A stretch of 64,000 nt of DNA from Hypanus sabinus. Its lineage: Eukaryota. Below are positions 37,839 through 50,129 of this stretch, piece by piece (within the stretch, counting starts at the first letter, position 1; each line of letters begins with the position of its first letter). Location of the stretch: assembly GCF_030144855.1 (NCBI RefSeq), contig NW_026779226.1:62001-126000 (forward strand), written 5' to 3'. The notes under the pieces are model-generated. The model made no database searches, was not told where the DNA came from, and was given only the letters and a program-made list of their open reading frames with translations. Position numbers and translations under genes: made by a program.

Positions 37839-40800
37839 AATAGACAATAGACAATAGGGGCAGAAGTAGACCATTCGGCCCCTCGAGTCTGCACCGCCAT
37901 TCTGAGATCATGGCAGATCATTCCCTATCAATAGCCAGTCCCTGTCTTGTCCCCATATCCCTTGATTCCCCTATCCATCAGATATCTATCTAGGTCCTTC
38001 TTGAAAGCATCCAGAGAATTGGCCTCCACCGTCTTCCGAGGCAGTGCATTCCACACCTCCACAACTCTCTGGGAGAAGAAGCTCTTCCTCAACACTGTTT
38101 TAAATAACTGACCTCTTATTCTCAATCCATGCCCCCTGGTACTGGACTCTCCCAACATCTGGAACATATTTCTTGCCTCAATCCTATCAAATCCTTTAAT
38201 TATCTTAAACGTTTCAATCAGATCCCCTCTCAATCTCCTCAATTCCAGTGTGGACAAGCCCAATCTCTCCAATCTCTCTGCGTAAGACAGCCCTGCCATC
38301 CCAGGAATCAACCTAGTGAATCTACGCTGCACTTCCTCAATTGCCAGAATGTCCTTCCTTAAACCTGGAGACCAAAACTGTACACAGTATTCCAGGTGTG
38401 GTCTCACCAGGGCCCTGTACAAATGCAAAAGGACATCCTTGCTCTTGCACTCAATTCCCCTTGTAACAAAGGCCAACATTCCATTTGCCCTCTTCACTGC
38501 CTGTTGCACTTGCTCATTCACCTTCATTGACTGGTGAACTAGGACTCCACTGCCACCCAGTTTAGTATCGTCAGCAAACTTGCTGATATAGTTTTCAATT
38601 TCCTCATCTAAATCGTTGACAATAATTCTAAAGAGCTGTATTCGCAATACAGAGCCCTGTGGTACCCCACTAGTCACTCACGCCAGTCCGAGAAACACCC
38701 ATTCACTGCTACCCTTTGCTTTCTATCTGCCTACCAGATTTCTATCCATGTTGAAACCCTGCCCCCAATGCCATGAGCTCTGATTTTACTCAGCAATCTC
38801 CTATGTGGCACCTTATCGAATGCCTTCTGAAAATCTAGGTACACAACATCCACTGGCTTACCCTCGTCTAACATCCTTGTTACACCCTCAAAAAACTCCA
38901 ACAGATTAGTCAAGCATGACTTGCACTTGGCTGGCACCATGCTGGCTCGGCCTAATCCTATTTCTGCCATCAAGATGTGCCACTATTTCGTCCTTAATAA
39001 TGGACGCAAGCATCTTCCCCACGACTGACGTTAGGCTAACAGGGCGATAGTTCTCCGTTTTCTCCTTCCCTCCCTTCTTGAAAAGTGGGATAACATTAGC
39101 CACTCTCTAATCTTCAGTAACCGATCCTGAATCTAAGGAACATTGGAAAATGATTACCAATGCATCCGCAATTTCCTGAACCACCTCTTTTAGAACCCTC
39201 GGATGCAGACCATCTGGACCCGGGGATTTATTAGCTTTCAGTCCTACCAGTCTACTCATCACAGTTTCTTTCCTAATGTCCATATGTCTCAATTCCTCTG
39301 ATATCTTATGACCCTGGCCCATCCATACATCTGGGAGATTGCTTGTGTCCTCCCTGGTGAAGACAGATCTAAAGTACGCATTAAATTCTGTTGCCATTTC
39401 CCTGTTTCCCATAACAATTTCTCCCAATTCATTCTTCAAGGGGCCAACATTGTTCTTAACTATCTTCTTTCTCTCCACATAGCTAAAAATCTTTTGCTAT
39501 CCCTTTTTATATTCCTGGCTAGACTGAGCTCATACCTGATTTTTTTCTCTCCGTATTGCTTTTTTAGTTAAGATCCGCTGTTCCTTAAAACTTTCCCAGT
39601 CATTTGTAATCCCACTTATCTTAGCCCTGTCATACTTCTTTTTCTTTAATGCTATACATTCCTTTGTTGACTTCCTTTGTCAACCACTGTGGCCCCTTCC
39701 CCCTCTTTGAATCCTTCCTTCTCATTGGAATGAACTGCTTTTGTATCTTTTGTATTATGCCCAAGAATATCTGCCACTGCTGATCCACTGTCTTTCCTGC
39801 CAGGGCATCCGCCCATTTAACTTTGGCCAGCTCTTCCCTCATGGCTCCGTAGTCTCCTTAATTTAATTGCAACACTGACACCTCTGATCTGCCCTTATCC
39901 CTGTCAAATTCTAAAAACTTATCATGTTATGATCACTACTTGCTAATGGCACCTTTACTTCACTTATCAATTCCTGTTCATTACACATCACCAAGCCCAA
40001 AATAGCCTCGTTCCTGGTTGGCTCAAGCACAAGCTGTTCCAAAAATGCATCCCTTAGACACTCCACAAACTCCCTATCCTGGGGTCCAGCACCTACCTGA
40101 TTCTCCCAGTTCACCTGCATGTTGAAATCTCCCATAATGACTGCATTACTTTTAGCATATGCCAATGTTAACTCCCTAATCAACTTGTACCCAATATCCA
40201 CGCTACTGTTTGGGGGCCTGTACACAACACCCATTAGGGTCTTTTTACCCTTACTGTTCCTCAGCTCAATCCACACAGACTCTACTTCCCCTGTTCCCAA
40301 GTCACCTCTTGCTAAGGACTGAATCTCATTCCTCACCAACATGGCCACCCCACCCCCTCTTCCCATATTTCTGTCTCTACGATAGCACGTATACCCTGGT
40401 ACACTTAATTCCCAGGCCTGATCCCCTTGCAGCCATGTCTCCGTTATCCCAACAATATCGTAGTTCCCCATTTTCATCTGAGCTTCAAGCTCATCTGTCT
40501 TATTTCTGACACTACGCGCATTCAAGTATAGAATTCTTAGCCCATTCCTCCTCTCTTTGCTTAAAACACTGCCTACTGTACCTAACCCAGCTCCTTGAAC
40601 TTCCATCGGGCTAATTGCACCCTGAATTTTGATGACCTTCTCAAGATCACCCAAACCTTCTACACATTTAACCCCATGCTCCTTCTGACCAACCCTCTGG
40701 ATCTGGATCACTGCCCCCTGCACATCTAGTTTAAACCCCCCCCCCCCCGAGCAACACTGGCAAACACTCCTGCAAGAATGTTAGTACCCCTCCGGTTCAG

Positions 40801-41344
40801 ATGTAGACCGTCCCTTCGAAACAGATCCCAATGTCCCTGGAACAAAGACCAATTATCCAAAAACCTGAACCCTTCCTTCCTGCACCATGCTCTCAGCCTC
40901 GTATTAGTGTGCATAATCATTCTATTCTTCGCCTCACTCGCACGTGGCACAGGTAGCAATCCCGAGATTGATACCCTGGAGGTCCTGCCTTTCAGCTTCA
41001 CTCCTGACTCCCTGAACTCTCTAAGCAGGACCCCCTCACTCACCTTACCTACATCGTTGGTACCTACATGGACCACTACATCTGGGTTCATGCCCTCGTT
41101 CTCAAGAATAGCCTGCACCCGATCTGAGTTGTCCCGGACCCTGGCACCAGGGAGGCAACATACCATCCGAGACTCACGATCTGCCCCACAAAATCTCCTA
41201 TCTGCCCCCCTAACTATAGAATCCCCTAAAACTATCGCTCTCTTCTCTTCCCTCCTCCCCTTTCTAGTTGAGGGTTCAACCTCTGTGCCAGAGACAGGAC
41301 CACTACAACTCATTCCTGGTAGGACATCCCCATCAACAGTATCC
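37839..41344 (-). mobile_element. ~3.5 kb 5'-truncated CR1 LINE (ORF1 SGNH esterase, ORF2 APE endonuclease + RT) in the GPCR C intron
   Basis: IVLGDSIVRG/VHVGTND/DGLHLN (esterase); YLNARS, GITETWL, GVVYRPP, MGDFN, SDHN (APE); SPGPDGLHP, YLDFQKAFDKV, GVPQG, KFADD (RT). Broken by frameshifts and stops; (tattgtc)n tail. Confidence 0.95.
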
Positions 41345-41391
41345 AGATAGATAGATAGACAGACATTCAAATAGATAGATAGAGATAGATG

Positions 41392-41472
<81 letters not shown>

Positions 41473-41500
41473 TCAGACAGATAGAAAGATAGATAGGAAG
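41345..41500. repeat. (AGAT)n microsatellite (also 37811-37838)
   Basis: Direct inspection. Confidence 0.95.
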
Positions 41501-41679
41501 ATATATAAATACCTTCAAAGCCTCAACTATTAAACATAATGAGGCTACGTGGGGGTCATTAATGCCATGATTTACCGCCGACACATATGGTGCAGATGAA
41601 TCTGAGCCTGCAGGCGGTTATCGATTGTTTAAACAAAAGTATTAGCGTCTGGCAGATGGAGAACAATGGTGCAAAAGGC

Positions 41680-42440
41680 AAGGTTGAGAAGGACAAATGG
41701 AAGAACAGAATATTATTTTCGTGGAAAACGATTGCAGTACGCTGTCATGTGGAGTTTCTTAACAGTGTTTGTTCTTCAATCGCAAAAGGTTGGTCTGCAG
41801 CAGCAGCAGACGAACAAGCAGGCAAATGGGATATTGGCCTTCATTGCTCACAGGGTTCAATTTAAGAGGAGGGAAGTTATGCTGCAACAGCACAAGGTAC
41901 TGGTGAGGCGACAGCTGGGGTCCTTTGTGCATGTCTGGTCCTCCTGACTTGAGTAGGGATTTACCAGCGTTTAGTCGGTTCACCATTTTGATTCCAGACC
42001 GGAGGCATTGGGAGGAAAATTGGTAGCTGAGTCGCCTGCGACTACACACACTGTATTTCAGAAGGATCAGAGACGACCTTTTAGCGACATTTAAAATTAC
42101 GGAAGGGGTAGATAAGACAGGGGCAGGAAAGTTTTTTCCACTGGTAAGTGAATTTAGACCGGGGGAACATAGGCTGAAGATTCTGGGGAGCGAACTTAGG
42201 ACGGAGAGGAACTGCTTTTCCCAGAAGTTGTTGAACCTGTGGATTTTTCTGCCCAATGAAGCAGTGGACGTCATTTCAGTAAATATGTTTCAGAAAAATT
42301 TGGATTGATTTTTCCGTAGTAGGGGTATTAAGGGTTCTTTGGGGGGAAAACAGGTAGATGGAAATGAGTCCATAGTCAGATCAGCAATGATCATCCTCAA
42401 TGGCGGAGCATGCCAGTCCGAACAGGTGGATTATACCGGC
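41680..42440 (+). mobile_element. CR1 LINE 3' fragment
   Basis: LVRRQLGSFVHVWS, GDLLATFKITEG.DK motifs and 3' tail. Confidence 0.7.
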
Positions 42441-43194
42441 ACCTATTTGGTCAAATCTTCTGCTGTAATGCTCTCTCGTGTTTACAGTTGAGCGAAGCAG
42501 AATTTCTGTCACCGTGATACTTGGTACATGAATCAGTTCATTATCACGTCCTGTTTTCAAATCCTTCTTCTGACGCCAAAGTTTTGAATACATTCTGCCA
42601 TCGGTGGATATCACTGCTTAGTCCATAGGGCTCGGGGACTGAATTCGCCCATTCGAGCAGAGAGCCTTCACCGCCATTCCCTCATAGCTGATTTACTTTC
42701 CCTGTCAAGCATATTCTGGCGCCCCCTCCCGATATCCACTGAGGCCCCGATGAATCAAGAGCTCTCGTCTGCAAATAGCTGAAATAAACTGACCCCCACA
42801 GCCATCTGTGGCGAGAAATTCCACATAATTACCAGCCACGTTCAAAGGAAATTTCTACACTCAACTGTTAAAAAGTGATGTCTTTGTATTGTAAAGCCTC
42901 GTCTTCTAGTTGTAGATTCCACCACTACAGAAGCTACCCTCTCCAGTTCCACGAAATCCCGGCACAATATTCAATATTCCATGGATTTCAATGAGATTCC
43001 CCTCATTCTTCTGAACTTCAACAGGTACATTATAATCACAACCGATTTAATACTAGCTGACGGTAACTTCCTGAGAAGATACGTAATTTCCATTTCCATC
43101 TCTGCTCTCGGAAGTACTCACGAATGAAATATTTGTTTTCAGAGTATGTTTCCATGCAAATATGTGTTCATGGTCTTCATCTACCTCCACACAG

Positions 43195-44102
43195 TCAACG
43201 TGGTGACAATCGTCATCCTGTCGCGGGGCAAGTGCGGCCTCTCCAAAGGCGTCACAAGGTACCTGGTTGCCATGGTGGCAGCGGATCAGCTGGTCGTTCT
43301 CTTCGATCTAGTATTGAGCAAAATTCCGGGGATTTTCATGCCACTTCAGGTTATACGCTGGACAGCAGGTACTCCCGTGTGTAACATCCACGCCGTCATG
43401 TTCTACGCTGCCACGGACTGTTCTGTCTGGTTCACCGTCACTTTCACTTTTGATCGATTTATCGCCATTTGTTTTCAGAAGCTGAAGCGAAAATACTGCA
43501 CCGAGAGAGCGGCGGCTCTGGTTCTGGGGACAGTGACTCTGCTGAGCTGCGTAAAGAACTTACCCTGGTACTTTTTGTTTCAAGGGTCATATTCGTTATT
43601 TCGTACGTCATTGCTCTGTAATGTCAGGTTATCTTCCCTAAATCAGCAGGCAATATTTCAAGTGATTCATTTCCTCCTCACCCCAATATTACCCTTTGTC
43701 CTGATTCTGCTGCTCAACAGTTTAACCATCAGACACGTCTTCGTGGCCAGCCGAGCCCGGAGGAGACTCCGTGGTTCTCGCGATGTCGAAACGCCCGCCG
43801 ACCCGCAGATGAAGAACCGCAGGCAATCCCTCCTGTTACTGCTGGTGATGTCGGGGAATTTCATCCTGCTGTGGGCACTGCTGACAGTCTATTCGGTATG
43901 GGAGAGGCTCGGTATTTACGTTTTCACGAATCCCCGGATTTCTCTGCGGGAGCTGGGCTACATGCTGCAACAGCTGAGCTGCTGCACCAACACGGCCCTT
44001 TACGCCGTGGTCCAGGCCAGGTTCAGGGTTCAGCTGAAGGAGACGTTGAAAAGTCCCTTCCGTCTAATGACCAAGTTCACGGCGTTGTCAGGAGAGCATT
44101 AA
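43195..44102 (+). CDS. GPR139/GPR142-like GPCR paralog C, exon 2
   Basis: Acceptor ctacctccacacag|TC AAC GTG. Open frame with TFDRFIAIC and SCCTNTALY; total 334 aa with exon 1. Confidence 0.88.
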
Positions 44103-44749
44103 TACTCAGTGACCTTTCTCCCAAGAGTCTGCCTCCACTACTCTCTGTTCCACCAAGTGGGTTATCCAAAACTTATTTGCCTTCGAAGCCTTGACATCAC
44201 CATTGCCATATGATCATTGTGCCCTACCGGTATACCGTGTCGCCCGAATCCCTCCTCAGGTCCGCCCGATGTAGCTCCATCTGTTTCCTCTGGCGAGGGC
44301 TTTTCTTTCCAAGAGCCGCTGCCTTTGAATCTTTCCGGGAAACTGGTTACCGTGGACAGACTCAAGTCTCCTCTTGCAAAGGAGTTCTTTGTAGTTCTGT
44401 CTGCCACCTCGAGAATAATTTAATAACTCGGATTGGAAAAACGCCTCTTCCAATCGTCCGTCCCCAGCAGCAGTCCCCATCGCAAAGCGTCTGGGAAATT
44501 AAAGAAATTCTTAGACACTTTGTGTAGTGGTGGTGCTATCTGTCGGATTGGATTGGATACATTCGGTATGGAGGGAAGGTGATTGCAGAGGAAAAGGCAC
44601 ATGAAGTCTACTTGTTTATTTATTCCCTCGTAGCTTGGCCTCTCTCCTTCTCACAGTTCATTATCACTCATTCTACTCATTTTCCCACGCAGTCTGTAAA
44701 GCGTGACCGCCTGGATGTCATCGGCTTTCTCCTGATTCCTCCCACACGC

Positions 44750-44950
44750 CAAACATCTATGCGTTGATAGGTTAATTGGCCATTGTAAATTGTCCCATTA
44801 GTAGGGTCGCTCGGTTCGTGAATCATGGCCGCAGACAAGGCCCAGCCTTTGGGATTAGACTGGAAGTAAGACTTTTGTGAAGGACTGATTCCGGTAGGCT
44901 GAGACCTGGGACCGAGATGCATTGGATAGCATGGCCTTAAATGGAGTACA
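44750..44950 (+). mobile_element. Elasmobranch SINE (HE1-like) fragment; a similar one lies on minus at ~56760-56940
   Basis: ggttaattggccattgtaaattgtccc core, recalled from shark/ray SINEs. Confidence 0.45.
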
Positions 44951-45270
44951 GATGACAATGATGCAGGGCAGCCATTTTGCAAGTGACAATTGTGGGAAAT
45001 ATTCTGGCGTTTGATTGGATGAAAATAGGAGTGACTCATCAATACTCTTGCAGTCGACACAGACGTGATGGAGTTGTCGAGGTTGAGGGATCATGGCAAA
45101 AGTCCAGTTGGAAATCTGGCCAGAGAAGTGCCAAATTTTTTAACTAATACGACAGGTCTGTCTAGAAGGATAGAGAAATACGAGAATAGGAAATGTTTTA
45201 GGAATATGGAGAAAATGGAAAAAAAAAAGACGTTTCTGCTGAGGTACCGGAAGAATGTTCAGCTTGGTCG

Positions 45271-46198
45271 TGTTACCTACACGCAACACTGGGCAAAGAA
45301 CCTCTTACGTGCGCGCAACACTGTAAAAGTTTCAGCAGCAATAAAACACACCTTCAGTCTGGTTTCGCTGTTAACTATCAATAGCTTATTTGTAATTCCG
45401 TAATATAGTAACTTAAACCGGGGAAATCCATGTGTTAGCAGTATAATGCAGATATAGGTGTGTAAAAAAATAAGTTTCCAAATTTAGTCAAGCTCAGGTG
45501 CAAGAATTAAGTCTTACGATCTTACCGTCTTAAGGATTACAGTCTTAAGAAATTTCTGTTCAGTTCAAATGCATAGAATTTGGTGAGAGAGAGATATATT
45601 TGTAATCCAAACAAACAGGTGTCGTCGATCTTCTCGTTCTCCTCTGAATCCTCACACGAAACCTCACTTACAGTAGCTTATCACTAGAGGGCCCATCTTC
45701 AAGGGAACCACCAGCCACGCAAGGGCCGACACACTGGTGGATTCCACAAGGTTACCACAGTCGTACACAACGTGATAGCCACTTCTCCAGCTCCACGACC
45801 TACGAATTAACTCCAACGGTGATTTGCCACAGGGGTGCCTTTCATCAGTGAACTACCACGCCCAGGCAAAGGGTAAACACACATGTGGTATCCACAAAGG
45901 TTTTTCCCTCAGTAGAGAATCCACTCCTACGGATGAGCTCTGTGACAAACACATTTTCGTTTCCGAATGGGAACAAACTCACACTCACGGGATACGTGGA
46001 GTTAAAGTCAAAACTGTGATCTCTTTATAACTAGGATTCTTCTGTTTCACGCCTCCCGCTTGTCTCCCCTCTGCAAAATTATTCTAGTTCCAGCAACTTG
46101 TGAGAGTCATTTATGAGAACTCTGGATCGATCTTAACTCACACTTTTGGGGTGCTGGAAATTCAAATGCGACCTACTCACTGGTGTCGTCCATTGACA
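45271..46198. mobile_element. Probable solo LTR
   Basis: TGTTAC start and TGACA end, LTR-like composition; no TSD found. Confidence 0.35.
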
Positions 46199-46611
46199 AT
46201 CTTAACTCTGATTGTGTGTCTCTGTGTCCTTGTACATTCAAAACAAGCGGCAGAATAAATTGTATATATTCATTGTCCCTCAAATAACGCCACATCTCTC
46301 ATCACAGCAAATCCAGCAGTATCTAAAAGCCAGTCTCATTCTCTCGGCCTTTTTGAAGTGGCAGTCAACAGAAAGAATGAACCCTCGGGGTATATAACAG
46401 TCCAAACAACTGTTTATGAACAGATAATTCAGTAACTCTGCTGTTTGATTCACTCATCTGCAAAATACAAACCTATATTTCTATGCCGCCAACAGATGAC
46501 AGACTGTGATGCAGAGATTTTATGTTGGAACCCAGGAATCGCATTTTAATCACAACGCATAAGGGACAGTCCATAGTCAATGTCCGACAGTGAGCCAATC
46601 GGGGGTTTGTG

Positions 46612-46613
<2 letters not shown>

Positions 46614-46676
<63 letters not shown>
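46614..46676. repeat. (AC)n microsatellite
   Basis: Direct inspection. Confidence 0.97.
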
Positions 46677-46681
<5 letters not shown>

Positions 46682-46789
46682 CTCGGATATCTCCAAATAG
46701 ACTGATTAATAAACCTGTAGATGACACAAAAAGAAAAACATTTATTTACAAACATACACAAAGTGCCGGGCAATATCCATGCGGTAGCG

Positions 46790-48560
46790 TCCAATGCACT
46801 GCAAAGGGCAAGACGTTTACACAGAGAGTATTTGGTACATGGACACGGGCCTGTGTAGAAAAGTTTTAGAGGGAAGTTTCACTGAGTTTCCGACTCCGGG
46901 AGTGTATGATGGACGCGTGTGGGTGGAGATTCAGATTGTGTCCGAACCCGGGAGTGTGTGCAGGAACGGTGTTACTCGACAGTGACTACATGAATAGAGT
47001 AAGGTGGCGGATAAATGCGTCGCGGAGTGATTGGAGCAGGGGGCAATGAAACAGATTTTCGGATCATTGAGACGGATTTCAGGGCTGGCGTGACTGTACA
47101 GTTAGTATGGATTGCTTTTGAATCTGAGGGGCACCAATATCCTGGCAGGGAGTTTTGCAAAGGCTAATGGGGTGAGTTTCAACTAGAGTTTCTGGGTGGT
47201 TGTAGCCGAACTGAAGAGACGGGGGAAGGCCGGGGGGGGGAGGTTCATATAACCATATAACAATTACATCACGGAAACAGGCCATCTAGGCCATTCTAGT
47301 CCGTGCCGAACGCTTACTCTCACCTAGTCCCCCCGACCCGCACTCAGCCCATAACCCTCCACTCCTTTCCTGTCCATATATCTGTCCAATTTTACTTTAA
47401 GTGACAATACCGTACCTGCCTCTACCACTTCTACTGGTAGCTCTTTCCCCATAGCTACCACTCTCTGAGTAAAGAAATTCCCCCTCGTGTTACCCCTAAA
47501 CTTCTGACCCGTAACTCTGAACTCATGTCCTTTTGTTTGAATCTCCCCTACTCCCAATGGAAAAACCCTATCCACGTCAACTCTATCTATACCCCTCATC
47601 ATTTTAAATACCCCTATCAAGTCAAATCTTCTCCGCAGGATGACTCTGTGATTTGGAGAGAGTCGGCGTGTTCCTTATCACACCCGGCACTCTCACCACT
47701 ACTGTCGGCGCGTTTCAGGCAGCACCGCTCCCTGTTTCACACGGCTCTCGCTTTCTTGATTCCTCCCCTCCCCCTCCCTCCACGCAACCAAGCCCGTTAA
47801 CAGACCGCCCGCATTCACACTATCTGCGCCCCTCTTGGTTTAGCACACCTCTGTAAGGTCACTCCTACGATCCAACGGCCCACCTGCCCGACTTCTCTCC
47901 ATAACTCAGTCCCTCGACTCCCGGAAACATCCTTGTATGGCTCCCTCTGCAGTCTTCCCAGCTCAATGGCATCTTTCCGACAGCGGGGCGACCAAAACCG
48001 AGCACCGTACTCCAGGTGCGGCCCCGCCGGCGTCTCGCACAACTGGGACGTGACCTCACGGCTCCCGTACTCAGTCCCCTGACTGACGAAGGAATGCGTG
48101 CCAAATGCCTCCTTCGCAGCACTCTCTACTCCTGATTTCGCCACCCTAGAACCGTTTACCTCTACTCCAATGTCCCTCTGTTCTACGACATTTCTCGGGT
48201 CTCCGCCGATCATTGTGAAAGTCAAATCCCGTTTTAACTTCCCAAAGATGCAGCCCGTTTCTCCAGCTTCTCTTGTTTTGCCCGGCCCCGTAACTGATGC
48301 TCACTCCGATCAAACCGTCTCACTCAGTCGCTGGAATGTACGAAGCTTTGCGAACATCCGTGGCGTTTGATGTCAGGAGCGGCTGCGGAGGACAAGTCAT
48401 TGGGATCATTTACGGCAGCGATAGATAGGTTCTTGATTAGCCAGGGCATAAAAGGGTACGGGGTGAAAGCAGGGGAGTGGGTGTAACTGGATGTCTGAAT
48501 GAAGTGGATCAGCCCATGATTGAATGGCGGAGCAAACTCGATAGGACGAATGGCTGACAT
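46790..48560. mobile_element. Cluster of CR1 fragments (ORF1 end on +, ORF2 3' pieces on - and +)
   Basis: GTNILAG; MIGVFKMMRGIDRVDV...FFTQRVV; PHLEYGARFWSP. Confidence 0.7.
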
Positions 48561-49029
48561 TTGTTCCGAAATCTTATGGTCTTAAGATTTTATGGAATAT
48601 GTGGGGAAAATGGAGGTGCCCACAAGGTCACGGCGGAAATGAAAACGAGCGCCATAACATCGTCCCGTTTCCCGCTGTGCTTCTTTACCGTGCCGCCCCG
48701 TAATCTTCACCACAACCCTGTGAGGATAACTTTCCTCACATCACCGTCCCGGCATCTGACAGCAGCTCGATCGGTGGTTTTGATCCCCGCACCTCGCGCT
48801 CATCTGGAACAATCCCTCTGTTTCTCAGTGACACGGGCAGACTCATGCTTCTCGTCCGTCCCCCACCCTTCACCCTCACACTCCTGCACCCCCCCCCACA
48901 AAAATCTCTCCCCCTCTCCCTCCTCTCCCACTCCCTTGCACTCCCTCCGCCGGCACCACGAGCGAATCTGGAAAAAATCGCTTTCTTTCTCAGGACAACC
49001 TGCAGATGTGCCCTGCACGTGCTTTTTAA

Positions 49030-49068
49030 TCCGCATGTCGGGACCCGGCGTGTCTCTGAGCCACTGTG
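49030..49068 (-). other. Defective 23-RSS of V1
   Basis: CACAGTG (49062-49068) and 23-bp spacer intact; the nonamer position reads ACATGCGGA. Confidence 0.85.
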
Positions 49069-49935
49069 ATGACTCCAGGCGCAGTAGCAGACGGCCGAAT
49101 GGTCTGGGCGCACACTGGCCGAGCCGAGAATGAACGTCTCTGCATCGGGTCTCCGGGAGGTGAAGCCGTCCACAGCCCCCTCCGGAATTGCTGAGTCAAT
49201 GTACGTAGAACGAAACAGGTACTGAATCTCCTTCCCCGGATATTGTCGGTATTGGTAGAGATTATTGCCAGCGCTACCGCCGTCCAGGATGCATTTCAGC
49301 TCCACGCTCTCGCCGGGAGATTAGGAGATAGCCGGCGAGTCCTGGCGAACGGACTGAGACGTCGCTCCTGGGGAAGGGAACGGGAAGTGGAGAGAGTTAA
49401 GTTAACAGGAAACCCGAGTACGGGGGATCTATTGCTAAAGGGGAGGACGGGGGGTGGGGGAAATGGAACGAGGTGATCTGTCTGAGCAGATTTCGAGGAT
49501 TCCGATCAATGGTAAGAAACGCTGATGGAAATATGAACATTGGGATTAAACAAGTACTAAAGAGCACAAAATATATTACTCTGATCGTTATTTTCATGTC
49601 CTCTTGAAACATTCGATTCTATACGGCATGTCCCGATTCTCTACAGTTTAGCAAAACTCCGACCGCGTTGTCTTCTCTCTTGTACAAATTCGTGAATAAT
49701 TTTAACTCTGAGCCCTCGCGATTATTGTCGACTTTCCCCGGAATGAAATGCGAGTCGACGCAAACCTCTCTTTGTATCTCGGACACGTTGATTCCAGCAA
49801 AATTCTGTCAAAATATTTCTGCACTCGTTCCAGTCTGCCAGAGTGACCAGATCTGGTTAAGGATTGAATATTAATTATTGTGTGAGATTATTTCTTACGC
49901 TGAAGCAACGGCGCCAGGACGAGTATCAGCAACAT
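49069..49935 (-). pseudogene. TRBV: TCR beta-type V segment V1 (pseudogene): leader 49899-49935, V exon 49069-49367
   Basis: Leader MLLILVLAPLLQ C|GTAAGA; acceptor ccccag|GA. V domain ELKCILDGG...RPDAETFILGS...CYCAWS. TAA in FR1 (49321-49323); conserved Trp replaced by Gln. Confidence 0.9.
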
Positions 49936-50002
49936 CCTCTCTCCGGGATCCTTCTCTCTGTTGTGCGAGAGAGCCTGGGCGGAAGAAAGTGCGGCATCAG
50001 GA

Positions 50003-50091
50003 CCCCGCCCCTTCCGGGCATATTGCTGACCGCGGTCACCATTCCGGAATACGGAAAATGCTGAAGAGGTGGGACAAAGCCCGAGACGTCA
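50003..50091 (-). promoter_or_regulatory. Putative V1 promoter (GC box + CRE-like TGACGTC ~150 bp upstream of ATG); copy at ~60527-60615 for V3
   Basis: ccccgcccc and GACGTCA are conserved in both duplicates; mammalian TRBV promoters carry a CRE-like decamer. Confidence 0.5.
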
Positions 50092-50129
50092 TTTCAATAT
50101 CAGCGCCCAGACCTGGTGAGTTCTGACAA

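Noticed and set aside
44162-44407. Minus-strand ORF containing SFPERFKGSGS, resembling Ig light-chain FR3
   Set aside because: There is no WYQ, no YYC, no RSS and no first Cys in any frame I read. Treated as coincidence or an unassigned insert.
46972-47160. TVTPALKSVS...SVSL behind a TACTAAC...CAG acceptor-like site, suggesting a fifth V
   Set aside because: The opposite strand is the decayed end of CR1 ORF1 (…GTNILAG), and no V core or RSS follows.
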